Of a stretch of 64,000 nt of DNA, positions 40,901-56,066 are shown one piece after another. A program made the position numbers and the translations under genes. Source of the stretch: Rhina ancylostomus (Eukaryota); contig JARFYF010000063.1 of the NCBI GenBank assembly GCA_030265395.1, positions 87,828,592-87,892,591 on the forward strand. The letters run 5' to 3'. Positions within the stretch are counted from its first letter, which is position 1. Each line of letters opens with the position of its first letter. Below the pieces are notes generated by a model. That model was not told the DNA's origin. It saw only the letters and a program-made list of their open reading frames with translations, and did not search any database.

Positions 40901-43900
40901 TTACCTGCAACAGTTAAAATCAGCTCACGAATACAACCATTGCAATTGGTGGATGATTTCATTTCTTCTGTTAAAAAGCCATAATCTTCAAAGTGCTTCA
41001 CAATATAACATGGGTGAAACAAAAGCTCTTTTCCATCACTTTCTAGAACCAATCCATGGCAATGATCTGTTCCAACACCCTACAGCCATCCCTGAACACA
41101 TATGAATTTATATACTCAATCAAATATACCAGGCTCTATTTCTGTCATTGTAATAGTTTTATGATTAATAATCCTTTAGTTCTACCAGTAGAAAAGCAAA
41201 TTCTGCTACACTAGCAAAAGACCATATGAAAGGGTGTTCATAAATGTCTAGCCACCTATCGTTCTAATTGATCTGTAACTGCAGGCAAGAATTCATTTAA
41301 GAATGAATGACAAAACTAAATTAACATTGAAACAACAAATTATGTGCAAGTCAATTTATTGTGGTATGCTACAGAAAAATGCTTCTTTTTAAGATTCAGT
41401 TACATGTAATTGGATGTTACTTCAGATATAAAAAAACACTACCAGACTGGAAACCACAATTAAAAGGTTTAATCTATTTCCAATCTACCTACTCAAACCA
41501 CTAACTTTCTCAAAAGGTGCAGATAACATTGGCTGTGTGCAATGCAATGCATCATCAGTTATCCTGGCCTTGCAGTCATCCTCTCCCACACTAATCTTTT
41601 GTGGCTGGGCAGCTTCCACTGACAAGGCCTGGCCATCACAGCTATTCCTTGAAATTGAATGGCTATAAGCCATAACTAGGCGACCAAACTTCATAGACTT
41701 GTATACTAATATTCTAACATTATGCATTCTCATTCTATTGTCCTCTTGAACGATTTGCATTACAGTATTTAGATATTTAGATTTCTAAAATTTCTAATTT
41801 TATAAAGTTATTGATAAAAGCAATTAACTTTACTGTTTTAACTAAATTACCTCAGTTACTTTAATGTTAATCAAAACAAATGGTGCTAGGTTGGCCCCAG
41901 AAGCGTGGAGACACTTGCAGGCTGCTCCCAGAACACTCTACACAAAAGATATATTTCATTGTGTTTCCATGTACATGTGATTAACAAAGATATCTTGTCT
42001 CTCTTCTACACAAACTTTCACACATTTTCCAATTCTTCTCTAGTAAATCTTCCTGACGAACGCCACGAACCCGGTGCCAGTGAGCCAATTCATTTTTAAA
42101 AAATCAGGATAAACCACTACACAGGAAAGGGTAAAATCCGGGTGAGGATTTGCAGGCTGGTGGCTAGTGAGCTCAGGCTACTCATTGCCCACTAGAAGAT
42201 CCAACCAATGATGAGCACAAACATTAAATTGCCTCGTACAATTTTAAGAAGTATTTTCATATTTATATTAATGTGAATTCTGTCCATCCTACATTTTACA
42301 ACAAACAGATTAATTTACAACTTAAGAGTTTAATTATTAGGTTATCCAGAATTTGTTCTCATGTAAAAAAAATCACTATTCATATTGAAATATTAATTTA
42401 CTGATTCTATAATGAACCACTGTAGAATCTAAAGATTTTTCCAAGTCAAACATTCTTTTTCCTTTTAACAAAAGGAATTCAAAAGACGTCAGTGATACTT
42501 CCTCTTGGGGACCAGAGTATTATGAGAAAAGGTTCTTTGAGGTCTCAAAGGCCAAGGACTCTGGGCACAGTCTTTGTGAATAAATCATTATTAAAATTCC
42601 AAAGACAAACGCGGAAACAGAATGAATGGGAACGGATGTGCACTCACACACACANNNNNNNNNNNNNNNNNNNNNNNNNNNNNNNNNNNNNNNNNNNNNN
42701 NNNNNNNNNNNNNNNNNNNNNNNNNNNNNNNNNNNNNNNNNNNNNNNNNNNNNNCCTTTCACACTACACAGAGACAGTCAAAGGGTATGGCTAATGAGAA
42801 CCATTGATAATATGGAAGCACCAGTCTTCAGTCAATTTCTATTATACCCTACATTGATATTACAGAGCTCCAAGTCTTCTTTTGATACTAAAAGCACAAT
42901 CGACAATTGAAATCACCAGGACACACCCATATCAACAAAGACCATTATCAATTAGAATGACATATACACACACCGCAATCACTTGCTTCTTAAAACTAAC
43001 CATAGTATCTATGCAGTATTCAATTATCTTTAGTGAAGTTAAAGATACAAAAATTTTGTTCTGTAGTATTATATATTTATTTGTTTAGCATTAGAACAGA
43101 TAGCAAATATGTCATGACCATGAGGCATTCTGGGAAACTTGGCCAAATGTACAAAGGACATAACAGAGACAGGCGAGACAAAGATCAGTTTTAACCAGAT
43201 TCCACATCAGCATCTCGAGAGAAATGCATTCAAAGGTATCTGGCATAGATGTAGCACGGAAATACCAGAAAGGGCCATCTGTCTCAAATTTTAGCATATA
43301 GTGATGGGATACTCTGGATAGCTACCTGATCAACAGCCACACCAAAAAAGGTTGGTTACATCTGATGGGCTGGCAATCAAATATTATCATTTCCAAAATA
43401 TATAAATCGCTCTACACAGTCGACAGCTTGAATTGATAGGGGTCTAGAAGAGAATGCCACAGAATGCTGCAGGATATGAAATTTCAATCTTGGAATTGCT
43501 GCATCTGGTTTAGGACAGATACAGAATGNNNNNNNNNNATGTACAGAGAAACTATTTCTCAATGACGATTTGTCTAAAAATTAGAACCAGACATTTTGTG
43601 AATGAAAATAAGAAACACTTTAATGTGCACATGTGGTGAATGTTAGAGACTCTCCTCTATTTTAGCAATATATGTTAAGTCACATGCTCACTTGAAGTCT
43701 GTAATTGATACATTTTTGTTAACTGAAGGTATTTAGAGAAATGTAACAAAGGTGTGTATATGGAGTTATGACAGAAACAAATTATATTCTAATTGAATGA
43801 TGTCATAGGCTCAAGGACGGATAGGACTTAATTTTGTTCCATGTCCCTAATAAGCGTGCCAGAGCAACTAATGCTCCGGTGTAAGTAGAGAATTCTGGCT

Positions 43901-46900
43901 TAAGCAATATAAACTTATAATAAATTCCAAACATAATAGTCTTGAAATTCTTCAAGTTTTGTTGCTTAATGCATTATTTTTTATTGGCTCCATTCAGTAC
44001 ATTTAAAAATAGGTGTAGAATTTTCAGATTACTTAATGTTACAGAGTGGATCTTGCCGTACGCATTAACAATAAGGTTACATCAAAATTATGTAAAATGG
44101 GTCAGAAATGTTTGAGTCACTCTCATACATTAGTTAAGCCTTTTTACTGGGATGCTTTCGTAAATCTAATTGTCGAGATTAAAAAAGCAACTAAAGTAAA
44201 AACACAGCAAAAAAAGCCAGCCAAGATTAGCAGTTTGAGAATACTTCAACAGGCCAAAATTGGAATAAGACAAAATGAACACAGATTACAATCAAACTAC
44301 TGCCTACTATAACACAAAGTACAGATTTTTCACATCAGTGTGTTAAGACTATGATCCTAAGTACTAAAGAGTCATTAAATCCAGAACTTTTAATTCAAAA
44401 GTTACATTTTTAATAAATCTTGAGACAATGGTTTTATCCACAAGTATTCATAAATAAATACTTCTATGGGCAAATGATACTAATGTGTCAATCAAAATAA
44501 TTGGTAATTATGCATTTTACTCAAAACACACTACCAGAGAATGTGACTCGTGCCAATGAGATTCTGGAAAATCAACTGAATTGATACACAGGTTAGATTT
44601 AACTACCAAACAAACCTACTTAATAGCTTGAGTTATCTGATGGTACATCTTTGGAGATGCATCCTGAAGGACTGAATTAGCATCTTCAAAATTGTTAGCC
44701 TCCAATGAACAGAAGCAGGGAAGATTCAGAAAAAAAAAGCTATTTTGAGATAATGGGTAATACTCCCTGCTGCAATGGACAGTTTGATGTAACAAAAAGT
44801 CAGCCAATCAGCTTTCCTTTAGTCCATAATCATTTATAATCCAACAGATTTGACGAGTAGGAAATGGAGATCACATGTAGATTTAAGGGTTGAAAGTAAT
44901 CATTATGAACAAGTTCAACATGGCCAAGGACATCCTACAAAATGAAAAACTAATGTGATAGCTGTTTAACAAAATATATACAGGCAACTTTGGTCCATGG
45001 GCTTCATATCCACAATGACTACAATAACAGTGTTATTTGGGGTAAATGGATATTATGAGATGATATAAAAATGAAATGATTTACAGCAAAAGATTCAGAA
45101 TAGAATGGTTGCAACCCGTTCAATTCTGATAATGTTCAAGCCATGTTTCTCTTTGTTGATCATTCAGCATATGTGCAATCTGTTTTTTTTCCATATAAAT
45201 AGAATGATCCCAGATAAGAAATTAGCTAAAATGAGGTAAGAAAACAAAAGTCTTGCACTGAAAGAGAAGTTAATTGATATCTTGAATTCTCTACCAGGAA
45301 GCACTAGGACAGGTTGGATGAGAAAGACCAGCAGATCCAGCAGCTAATTAAACACAAAAGCAACATGTTCCTGGACTGCACTTAAGGGGAACAAAATAGC
45401 TCTAATAACCTGACAGCATGGTCTAGAGATCCCATGACCTAAAAAACAAATGGTGGATAGAAAGGAGGGTATCCAACAGCTAATTGCTAATCCTGTCATA
45501 TATGGATTCTTCAGCACTGTCAAGGTCATCCATGGCCCAAACTCCCAAAAGATCCATCCCACTGAGAGCCAAGAGCAAAGGTAAATTGGTTTATCGTCAC
45601 ATGTACCAAGGTACAGAGATAAAAAAATTGTCTTGCACAGTATTCATATAGAGCAATTCATTACACAGTGTATTGAGGTAGTATGAGGTAAAGCAATAAC
45701 AGAATGCAGAATAAAAAGTGTTACAGTTACAGAGAAAGTGCAGTGCAGACAGGCAAGGTGCAAGGTCATAATGTAGATTGAGGTCAAGAGTCCATCTTAT
45801 CATACTAGGGAACCATTCAATAGTCTTTTAACAGTGGGATAGAAGCTGTCTTTGAGCCTGGTGGTACAAGCTTTCAGGCTTTTGTATCTTCTGCCCGATG
45901 GGAGAGGGGAGGAGAGAGAATGAACTTATCAAGGGGTAAGAGGCAGTGCCCTTGACTAAATTCAGCTGTAAACTATCATGCACAGCCTTGGGAGCAGAGA
46001 CCATCCCTGCTCAAGTTCTAAATTTGGCAGAGAGGAACTTCAGTCACAAATTCACCCCCTCACTCCCCACATCTGGGAAGAGGACCTCAGAGACCTCCTA
46101 ATTGTTGCCATCTTCGAGAAAGGAGACAAATTTGATTGATGCAACTACAGATGGGTCTCCTTGCTGCCTACCACGGGTAGTGTCGTCATCAATCATCTCC
46201 TAACAGCACTCCCCAAAACATATTGTGTATCCATCCTTCTAATAGGAGAATAGATGTAATTTTCACTATGCCACAACTCAGAGAAATACAGCAAGCAGCA
46301 CCAGCCATTATACATAGCATTTATTGACCTCACTGAAGTCTTTGACTATCAACTGAGGGATTATGCAGCATCCTTCTCAAACTTGGTTGTCTGTTTTAAA
46401 GAAAAATCCTTTCCCTTTTGTCAACTTGTGGTGGCAAGCAAACCAGCAGGTCCATCTCAGATCCAGTCTCAGTTGAGACTTGTGCCAGACAAGGTTTGTT
46501 ATTGACCAATATTTTGCTCAAACATTCTCGTCGTAAGAATGCATCTTACCTGTAAAAGTCTTTCTGCTGGAGTGGAGCTACTTTACAGAAGGGAATCCAT
46601 TCAATCTACATTGCCTCCACTTCACAACCCAGCTTCAATTAAGTTGCAGTACACAGATACTTGCATAAGCTCATGATTGGAGGCCAAGCTCCAAGTCATC
46701 ACTGCATTATTACTGAAGTATATAAAAGAATGAACCTTACACTTAAGATCTGCAAAACAAAGGCTCTCTTCAACCTGCTGCCGCTGTACAATACTGGCGA
46801 CCAACACAAACATGTCCATAATGACACCTTAAAAAGCATGGATCACCTCCCATATCTTCAGAAGCACCACTCAGCTAAGACAGATACTAATGATGGAAGT

Positions 46901-49900
46901 CACCATCCTCCTTTGGCAATATGAGGAAAAGAGTGTTTTAAAATCAAGACCTCAAACCTGGCACACAGCTTTTCACGTGACAAGTTGCAGTGAACTTTCC
47001 TGTATGTTTCTGAAACATTGACTGCAGCAGACACCTAGAAGCATTGGGAATATACCACCAATGCTACCTTGACAAAACCTACAGATTTACAACCAGGATA
47101 AGCAAATCAACATCAGTATCCTCTTCCAGGTCAATAACCAGCAGCATAGAACCCTTAATTACATGCAGTTGGCTCCAAAGGGCAGGTCACATTATTCTCA
47201 TTGTTGACACCAGACTCCCACAGCAGACACACTATTTCAAGCTGTGCCATGACAAGCAACTACCAGGTGGAAAAAGCAAAAGATGCAAGGACATTCTCAA
47301 AGTGAAGCAGCCCTGTCAACTGATCCATGCTCACTCAAAATGGAGAAGGGGCATGCCAGATGGTACTGAGAACCTTAATCCATTTGTCAGGAGCACAAAG
47401 AAGCCCAGTATAAACAATGGAAGGAGAACATCACCTTCCAAACTATCTGCCCTGTCAACTCCTGCCCTACCAGTACCAGAGTCAAAAGGTTCCATATTGG
47501 CTTCGTCACCACAAAGACTTCCTAAAAGAATAAGGAAGAGAAGCTTCCTGAGTGGGTATCCCTAACCCAGCTCAGAGAGCAGCACTTTCAAAACATGGTT
47601 GGCCTGAGCTTTTAAAATGGCAGGAGCACTTCAGAAAAGTGACATCCAAGTACTTCAGAGAGAGCTTCATGAGAAATACAATCATTCCATAAGTGCCAGG
47701 CCATTAATGCATACATTTCACAACCAGAAATATCCAGATGAATTTCTGAAATGGCCATGACTGTGTTCTGCTCAGGAAACAGACAATTTCCACATGTGTA
47801 GCACTGAGAAAAACAATACAAGCAATATTAATTTCTATATTAGTAACCTTTTACTCCTTTCCCCACTGGTAAAGAAAGCAAAGTTTGCAGGGAGAAGCAC
47901 ACCATTCCTTCCTGGCATTCTGAAACCCAAACCCACTTGCAGTTTATAAGGTTTCCACACATATGAGATTGATAAATTATTACAGTAGAAAATCTACCAT
48001 ATTTGAATTTTCAAAAGTTTATCTGCCAAAAGAAAAATAATATTCAATTTTATCAAAAAATATATATATCTACCAAAATCTTCTTTATGCTCATTGGCAT
48101 GCAAACCTATGAATTCTCTTTGATTCTTGCATTCACAACCATTGCTACTGTTTTCTGCCCTGCTGATTTGTGGACAGGCAAAACATCTAAATGGTAACTC
48201 TCACTGCTGACTTTTTGTCTTGTTGATTTTAATTTGACCTTGCTGATTTTAGCTAATCTTGTTCTGTTGAGCTATTTCCAAAGTTCAATTTGCAAACTTA
48301 ATTTGAAATTTGTTAGAGTGAGCATTTTTGAATTACCACAGCATTAGACAACAGCTGTTGGAAGTACAGAAATAAGCAACATTCTATCTTGCACTTCCAG
48401 CTTTTATTTTCACTATTCAACCCAGTTGAATAAACTGCCAGTGGTTTAAAAATAATTAAAGACGAGATTATATGTAGTTGCCAGATTGAGGCAAATACTG
48501 GTCCCTGAAGGGGACCTATTACTGATAGAGGAACAAATGAACAGCTGACAGAAACATGCTCCACATCCTCCTGCCTGTGACCCTTAAGACTCCAGGGCAG
48601 ACACCCATACTGATCTGAAATCCTGCAGAGTACCTTTGGCAGGAGCTGGTGTCCAAACCAATCTGGAGAAACATCTGTCATTAAGGGAACAGTGTCAAAA
48701 GCATCAAGTACTCCTTTTAAATCCAGGACCACCAACTTCACAAGGCAACTAAGGATAGACAGTGGGTATAGACCCAACATTACCAAGAACACTTCATTTA
48801 TTAATGTAGGACATGCAATCTATGAAAAGCAGGCATTCTAGATCTTATCCTACATTTGTTAAAGACCTTCTGAATGGATGAAGTTCCAAGTAGATAAAAG
48901 CAGTACATTAACCTACTTTTATCCCAATACATCTATGCCATTTGCAGACTTCGAAATAAATTGTGTAACCATTTACTCTGGACATCTCAAAATGATTCAA
49001 TTAAATACATAAAACTATTGTACATTTTTATAATGAAGGAAATGCTGCAGCTAATTTTCATACAAAGCCCTCACAGAGCAACAAAGTTAGTTAATGAGAT
49101 TGATCAAGAGATAAATATTAGCAAAAAAAATGGAAGTGCTTCTTTGCTTTTCATTGAATAGAGCAAGGAGAGTTTTCACACTCACCTGAGAAGGCAAATG
49201 ACAGACAAGGGCATCAAATCTCAGTAAGTTTGTAGAACTGTGGTTCTTAAAGGTAGCTTTCTCAATCAATTTGAACAAAGTGTTATCACAGAAATTACAC
49301 AAAGTTTGTACCCTGTTGCTTTTTTCATGCATGACACTGATTTTACATCATTAAATGTGAAAACACAAAAATATGTACAAATTTGGATCAAAGAAAGGCT
49401 CTCAATTGCACAAAAACACTGGACAATTCCAGCAGGAAGAGTTCAGTAAAAAGTAATCTAGCAAAAAAAAATTCAATAAAAGTTATTTGCTGGTAGCCTG
49501 CATTCCTACCTTGCTTATTCACAGAAGGTGAAGTACTTTGCACTTCTTTTGCAACTTGTAGCATCCAAGCTGGCAAGATCCTTTTCCTCTGCACAGGGTT
49601 CAGTGGTGCATCGCCATTATTCTGTTGCTGATTCTTTGACTGTAAGAACAGAAAATTAGTTGATATAGCAAAAGATAATTTGACAACCTTAAAATCCACG
49701 TAATATATTGCCATGTGGAATTACAATATGTGGACATCAAAACTGTGCTCAACCCCATCCTCAATGGATGCTTACATACACAAAGAAAAATGCATAGAGC
49801 TAAAATTGTGACAGACTTCTTCCCTACCTCAAAGAATTGATATTGAAGCCACTTTTGAATTGTTTTCACCTGCTAATTATTCCTGGGGACTGGTAACAAA

Positions 49901-52900
49901 AAGCTCTCTCATCAGATGTAGCCATTCCATAGCTACTCAATGCATAATTTACCCATTTCTGATGATTTATCAGCAGAACTAACAATACTTCAATTTCAAA
50001 GTTCATTGGAAAGGATGATTTGATCACACAGCAATTAAAATGAAAATTAAAAGCCAACAGTCAAAAGAAGCAGGAATAAAATTTGGCTTTGTAATACAAT
50101 AAGACATTTATCAAGCATTTCCTTCAATTTTAAGGACCTCAAATCTAAATTCATGTAGAAACTGAAATACTTTCAGCTAGTTCACATGAAACTGGAAACA
50201 GGACACTAATCTGTGCACAATGTGTACAAAGTACACAAAATGTTACAGTACTTTATAGCTTTTATCTAAATTAACAAATCTGGAAGGAATTTCAGGATTA
50301 ACAAAACTCCATTTTGATTGCAGGATATAGCTGGGGAAGGGTTTGGGATCTGCTGTTCCAAAATAGCAAAAAGAAAAGCTAAACAAAGCAGCAAAACAAA
50401 AGCCAACCAAAGCAAATAGTTTCAATTTGAAAAGCAATGAGCATAAGAGGTAGTGTAGGATGTTTCCAAATTTTTGCTAAGCATCCTTGAGAATTTGTAG
50501 AAACAAAATAGAACACAAGAAAAAGCAGCAGCAAGATTTTCCAATTCCCCATGGCTGCTCCATGGTACAATAAGATCATGGTTAACCTTCTACCTCTACA
50601 ACACTTTCCTGCACTAACCACATATCGCTCAATTCCTTTAACATGCAAAAATCTACGAATCGCTGTGTTGGACATACTCAGTGACTGAGCCGCCACAGCT
50701 CTCTTGGGTTGAGAAATCTAAATATACACTAGCCTCTGGGTGAAGAAATTTTGCTCACCCATTCTGCATGACCAACTCCATAATTTGAGACTNNNNNNNN
50801 NNCAAATTTTCTATCTATTCTAGTATAGTTCCACCAATTCCATGTACTCTAATTTTGTTTAATAATCTTTTGTGTGACACGTCATCAAAAGCCTTCTGAA
50901 TGTTCAATGCACCACATCTACTGGTTTCTTAATCTATTGTACTGATTACAACCTCAAAAAAATTCTTAATACCTTAGTCAATAATGATTTTCCTTTCATT
51001 AATCCAGTTAATCCCAATATCATTTCTAAGTGCCTAACTACAGCTACTTTATTAATAATCTCTATCACGGTTGTCAGATTAAATGATCAGCAGTTTGCCA
51101 TTTTTTAATCTCCCTTTGTCTTTAATTACTGGGCTTATATTTGCTACTTTTCAATCTACCGGAATCTTTCTAGAATCAATGGAATTTTGCAAGATGACAT
51201 CCAATGCATTTTAAACTTCCACTAAAATACTGAACATCTGGTAGTTAAAAATATCAACAAAGCAGAGGATTGACTTAAAACCTTGATTAGATTATAAATA
51301 AGTACTGTAGTGCTACTACATCCAGCAATCAACTACATGTTGTCTTAGCATTTATTTAATGGCCTTTGTCAAAATGCATAACTTGTAGCAAAACAAATCA
51401 AAATTTTAATCATATTTTGATCATTTAATGTGAGCTGTTAAGAGACATAGAAATTAATTAATAAAGATCACAAATGAACTGATGATATTTGCCAAAATTT
51501 GTTGGTGTTCTGCAGGTTAACAGTAATTACATATCAATGGGAAACTTTTGAAACTATAAAGTGCTCCCTTATCGGTACTTATGCTGCTGCTGTTGCTGTA
51601 TGAAAGTCAGGGGAATTATTAGAATGTGCAGAAATACTCAAGTCCAAAATTGTGAATCACAACTTCTAACTCTGCAGCATCTGCTATTGTCTTGGTTCAT
51701 CTAACTTTATCACTTCAAAAATCGGCCACTCCAATGCTCACTTGGCTGGCTTCCCATTCTCCAAGATCTGCAAATTTTAGCTCATCCAGAACTCTGCTGG
51801 CCATATGTTATCACATACTCAAGTCCCTTCACTGATGACATCTGATCTCACCGAGCAATGTTAGCTCCCAATTTCTCCTCAATGAAATATTAAATTTTCA
51901 TCCTCATGGTTCAAAAATATCAAGGCCTTGCCACATTCTCCCTCTGTAAAAGGAGTCGAGCTTCGGGTCAGAGAACTTCGGATCAGTTAAATTTTTTTTC
52001 TTACTATCTTTTTTTTTATTAGGGCTGTAAGCTTAAGGGTTAATGTTTAAAAGGGTTAGAATTCTAAGGGTTAGAATTAAATAAGTTAATAGTTTGAGGG
52101 TTTTAATTTATTTTTATTTGGGCGAGTGGGGGCTGGACTGCTCAGGCGCGGCGCGGACAGTTTAAAAAAGCAAGCAGCCTATAGAGCAGGCAGTGTCGGA
52201 GTGGGCAGCGGAGTGAGGGGGAAGCAGAGTGTTCGGCTTTGGCTCAAGGGGCTTCAGCTTGAAGGGGCAAGGAAGGTAAGTAGCTGGTAAGTAGGTGAAG
52301 GTATGGTTTCCCTGTTGTCTCTTATAGATTTATAGGTGGTATTAGCTAGGGGGAAAAAGATAGTGAGATGGAGGACAAGGTCATATGCTGCAACTGTTTG
52401 ATGTGGGAGTCCGTGGACCTTGCTGTGATCCGCGATGACCACATCTGCAGTAAGTGCTTGAGGCCGGGGGAACTTCGGCTCAGAGTAGATGAGCTGGAGT
52501 CCCAGCCACAAACACTGCACTGCATCAGGGAGGGGGAAAGTTATGTCAACACGGTACATCGGGAGACAGTCACCCCCCCTTAGAGCAGGTACTTCTGGGG
52601 TTCAGGTGGCAGATAGAATGGTGACTGTCAGGGGAGGGNNNNNNNNNNNNNNNNNNNNNNNNNNNNNNNNNNNNNNNNNNNNNNNNNNNNNNNNNNNNNN
52701 NNNNNNNNNNNNNNNNNNNNNNNNNNNNNNNNNNNNNNTAGTGTGAGGTGTGGTTTGATGGGCAGCACAACACGGTGGGCCAAAGGGCCTGTATTGTGCT
52801 GTATTGTTCTATGGTAACCTGACCTAGCTCTGCAATTAATCTCAACTCTTTGTTCCTCCGACCAGAGCCTCCTCTTCACCATTGGTAGCTGTGCTTTCAG

Positions 52901-55900
52901 TTAACAAAGTCCTTCATTTCCTTCTCATTTCTTTTTATTAAAAAAAATCAAACTTTTGTACTTTCCTCTTTATACTTGCAATTTTCCTCAGCATTGCACT
53001 TTGGTATTAGAACCCTGAAGTGCCTTGGGATATTTTGTTAGATGTGCTAAATAAACGCTCTCCCTGCAGAAGTTCAGCATATTGATTGAAGGTATGCATT
53101 TTGATCATCTTAAAATAAATTAGAAAGGAGTAGGGTTGCTGAGTGGTTACTTTACTAGACTATTACTCTACAAAGCCAAATTCAAATCAGTTGGGGAATT
53201 TAAATTCAGTTAATTAAATAAAATCAGGTATTCAAATCCAGACGGAGTGATAATCACAATCATTCTACCAGATTGTCATGAAAACCCATCTGTCTCATGG
53301 ATGTTCTTACTGACTCTTAAATCATCCTTGAATGGCTTAGCTAGCCACCAAGAACAATGCACAATAAATCCTGGGCTTGCAAACAATGCACATATTTATC
53401 ATATGAATTAATAAATATTTCAAGATCCCAGAGTACTAAACCTGTCCTTATTCATCTGGCATAGCATTAGACTGGTTAAAAAGTACTCATTGGTTTCCAA
53501 TTAACAAAATATTTGTTATACAAATTGTCAACAAAATATTATGGTATTAATATATAATTAATACCATATTCTCCAATATGTTATGTGGTTCAAATGCGCT
53601 GGATTTTTCTTTTGAATCTCTTACCATTGTCTTGAAAGATTCAGTAGATTTTTCTGTGTAATCGTCTGATCCCTCAGAGCCATTCTTAAACTTCCCTTGA
53701 CCTATTTGCAAATTTTCTGAGTTAGACTGATCATCTTCAAAACTGGACAGGTCACTGTTTCTGCAATTACAAAAATAAGATACAAATATTTTTATTGCCA
53801 TAACTACATTATATTATTCTAAAATAAATCATGGTACACACTGATACAAAAAAAAAATCAATTTTCACTAAAGGCTCAACTTACATACAAGACAAAACTT
53901 GTTGGTACAATACATGAAATTAACTTTCTTTTCACAGTTCTTTTCTAATGGGCAGGACTTTTTAAACATCTCAGCAAGGTGGTCACCATCACAATACTGT
54001 GGACCGTGTAAAACATATTTGAAAATAATATCTATAAATAATCAATGTCTAATGAATGCAATAATTCATCCCCTTGAGGCAAACTGAGTTATTTTAACCT
54101 GCAACTAAATTACAGCCACCATTCTATAAAAAGACATGATTGCACTTAACACTTGTTATTTCTGTGCTTCAATTTAAGTTTCTTTTGAACTTGTTATTTT
54201 ACTGCAACCAAGTTATATATACCATAAATCTTACATTTAAAGTACTCTAATGATAAGTATTTAACACATTTTAGCAATTCTTAGAACCATCAACCTAGAA
54301 ATAATAATGCACTGAAATTGGTACAAAAAATTTTGGTCATAAGTAAACATTAGTTGCATCTTGGGCATTAAGGGCTCTGAAGTTTTCAGAAACAACAATA
54401 TGTGCTCCGGAGTTGGGTCAGAGACTGAATACACAGCGAGGGTTTGGGGGTGGGTTAAATTTGACTGGTGCCAGACACTCCTGAGTTGTGGGTCAAAGAG
54501 ATGGGGGTAATGAGGGGAGGGACTAGAGCTTATGCCTTTGATCAAGATTGGGGAATATGAAGAGTCCAGGCTTTGGATTAGGATGGAAAGGGACAGGAGA
54601 AACAATAATTGATGATATAGAGAGATAACACTGAGGCAAGTTACAGACATGAGTGTGGTTGGAGTCTGAGACATTCACTGGAACTCTTGGGGAATCATAG
54701 GATGAGTGACTGAGGCATTTACATCAGAACATTGGGAAACCTGGTGGAGGGTGCCAAAAGGATGAAAGCTAATTAAAAGACTTATCTGTGAGGGATTTCA
54801 ATACAAAATTACTTTAGGAAAACTAATTGTCCCAGAATTGAACTACTGTAGTTGCTCCCAAATTAACTTAGTCAATTTTTCCCTTCAAGGCACCAGAAAG
54901 AATGTTGCAGAGGGAACAATGTCATCCCAAGCACCCCAAAGTAAAATTGATTGTTTCATTCCAGGAAAAAATAGGTTTTCCAGTGTATAATGATAAAAAA
55001 ATAAAGCAATGTTAGTTTCTAGGCAACTAGCTATGGACTGAGAAAAGATGGAAAAGGAAAGTGGAAGGCAAAGAAACATTCCTAGAGAGAAAAAAAAACA
55101 TATAATCATACATTGCACTTTAATGGAGATACAAGACAGACTGCAGATGCTGGAAATCTGGAGCAACACACACAAAATGCTGGAGGAACTCAGCAGGTCA
55201 GGTATCTATTGCTGCCTGACATNNNNNNNNNNNNNNNNNNNNNNNNNNNNNNNNNNNNNNNNNNNNNNNNNNNNNNNNNNNNNNNNNNNNNNNNNNNNNN
55301 NNNNNNNNNNNNNNNNNNNNNNCAGGCATCTATTGCTGCCTGACATGCTAAGTTCCTCCAGCATTTTATGTTGCTCCACTGCACTTTAAATTCACTTTTA
55401 GAAAACAAAGTATTATCTCACTGTAATCTCATGCTAAAGTGCTGATGCACAGGACAGAAGAAATACAAAGGAATATAATAATTTACAATGAGAAAGCATG
55501 ATTGCTACTTAAAAGACTGCCTTAGGGTTAGGGTATCTTCAATTTTACTGGCTGTGTATCTTGCATTTGGCGCACAACTTGATCTGCAAATTAAAGCAAT
55601 TCTCCACATACTTATCAAGAATCACTACCACATATCAAGTTCTGGAAATAAAATTAACCACCACAATGCAAACCGGATTGATCATGTCTAATGTAAAAAT
55701 AATTTAAAATATATATAATTCAAGACAATTTATAACTTGTGTCCATTATGAATTTAGGAATGCACATCTAAAAGCTGTGTTGAAACCCATTGCACAAGAG
55801 ATCTTTCAGCCCAGGTATGCACATAAAAGCTCTTTGGAAAAAGCTGAAGTGGCTTGTCCAGTGATATTCCTGAGAGCACCTTTATCAAAACATCATAACA

Positions 55901-56031
55901 TTTTGTATGAATAGTCAAAAATCAGAAAGGTGACCAGTTCAAATTATCTATAAAAATATCATCCTATTAATTTTGAGTAAATCTGCCACATACAGATCGA
56001 ATGAAAGGTCATCAACTTGACACGTCAACTT

Positions 56032-56066
<35 letters not shown>

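Noticed and set aside
47044-47565. 173-aa plus-strand ORF
   Set aside because: Frameshifted remnant of RTE ORF2, not a host gene.
48313-48792. 159-aa minus-strand ORF in intron 5
   Set aside because: Non-ATG start, no recognisable domain and no phase-compatible splice sites found.
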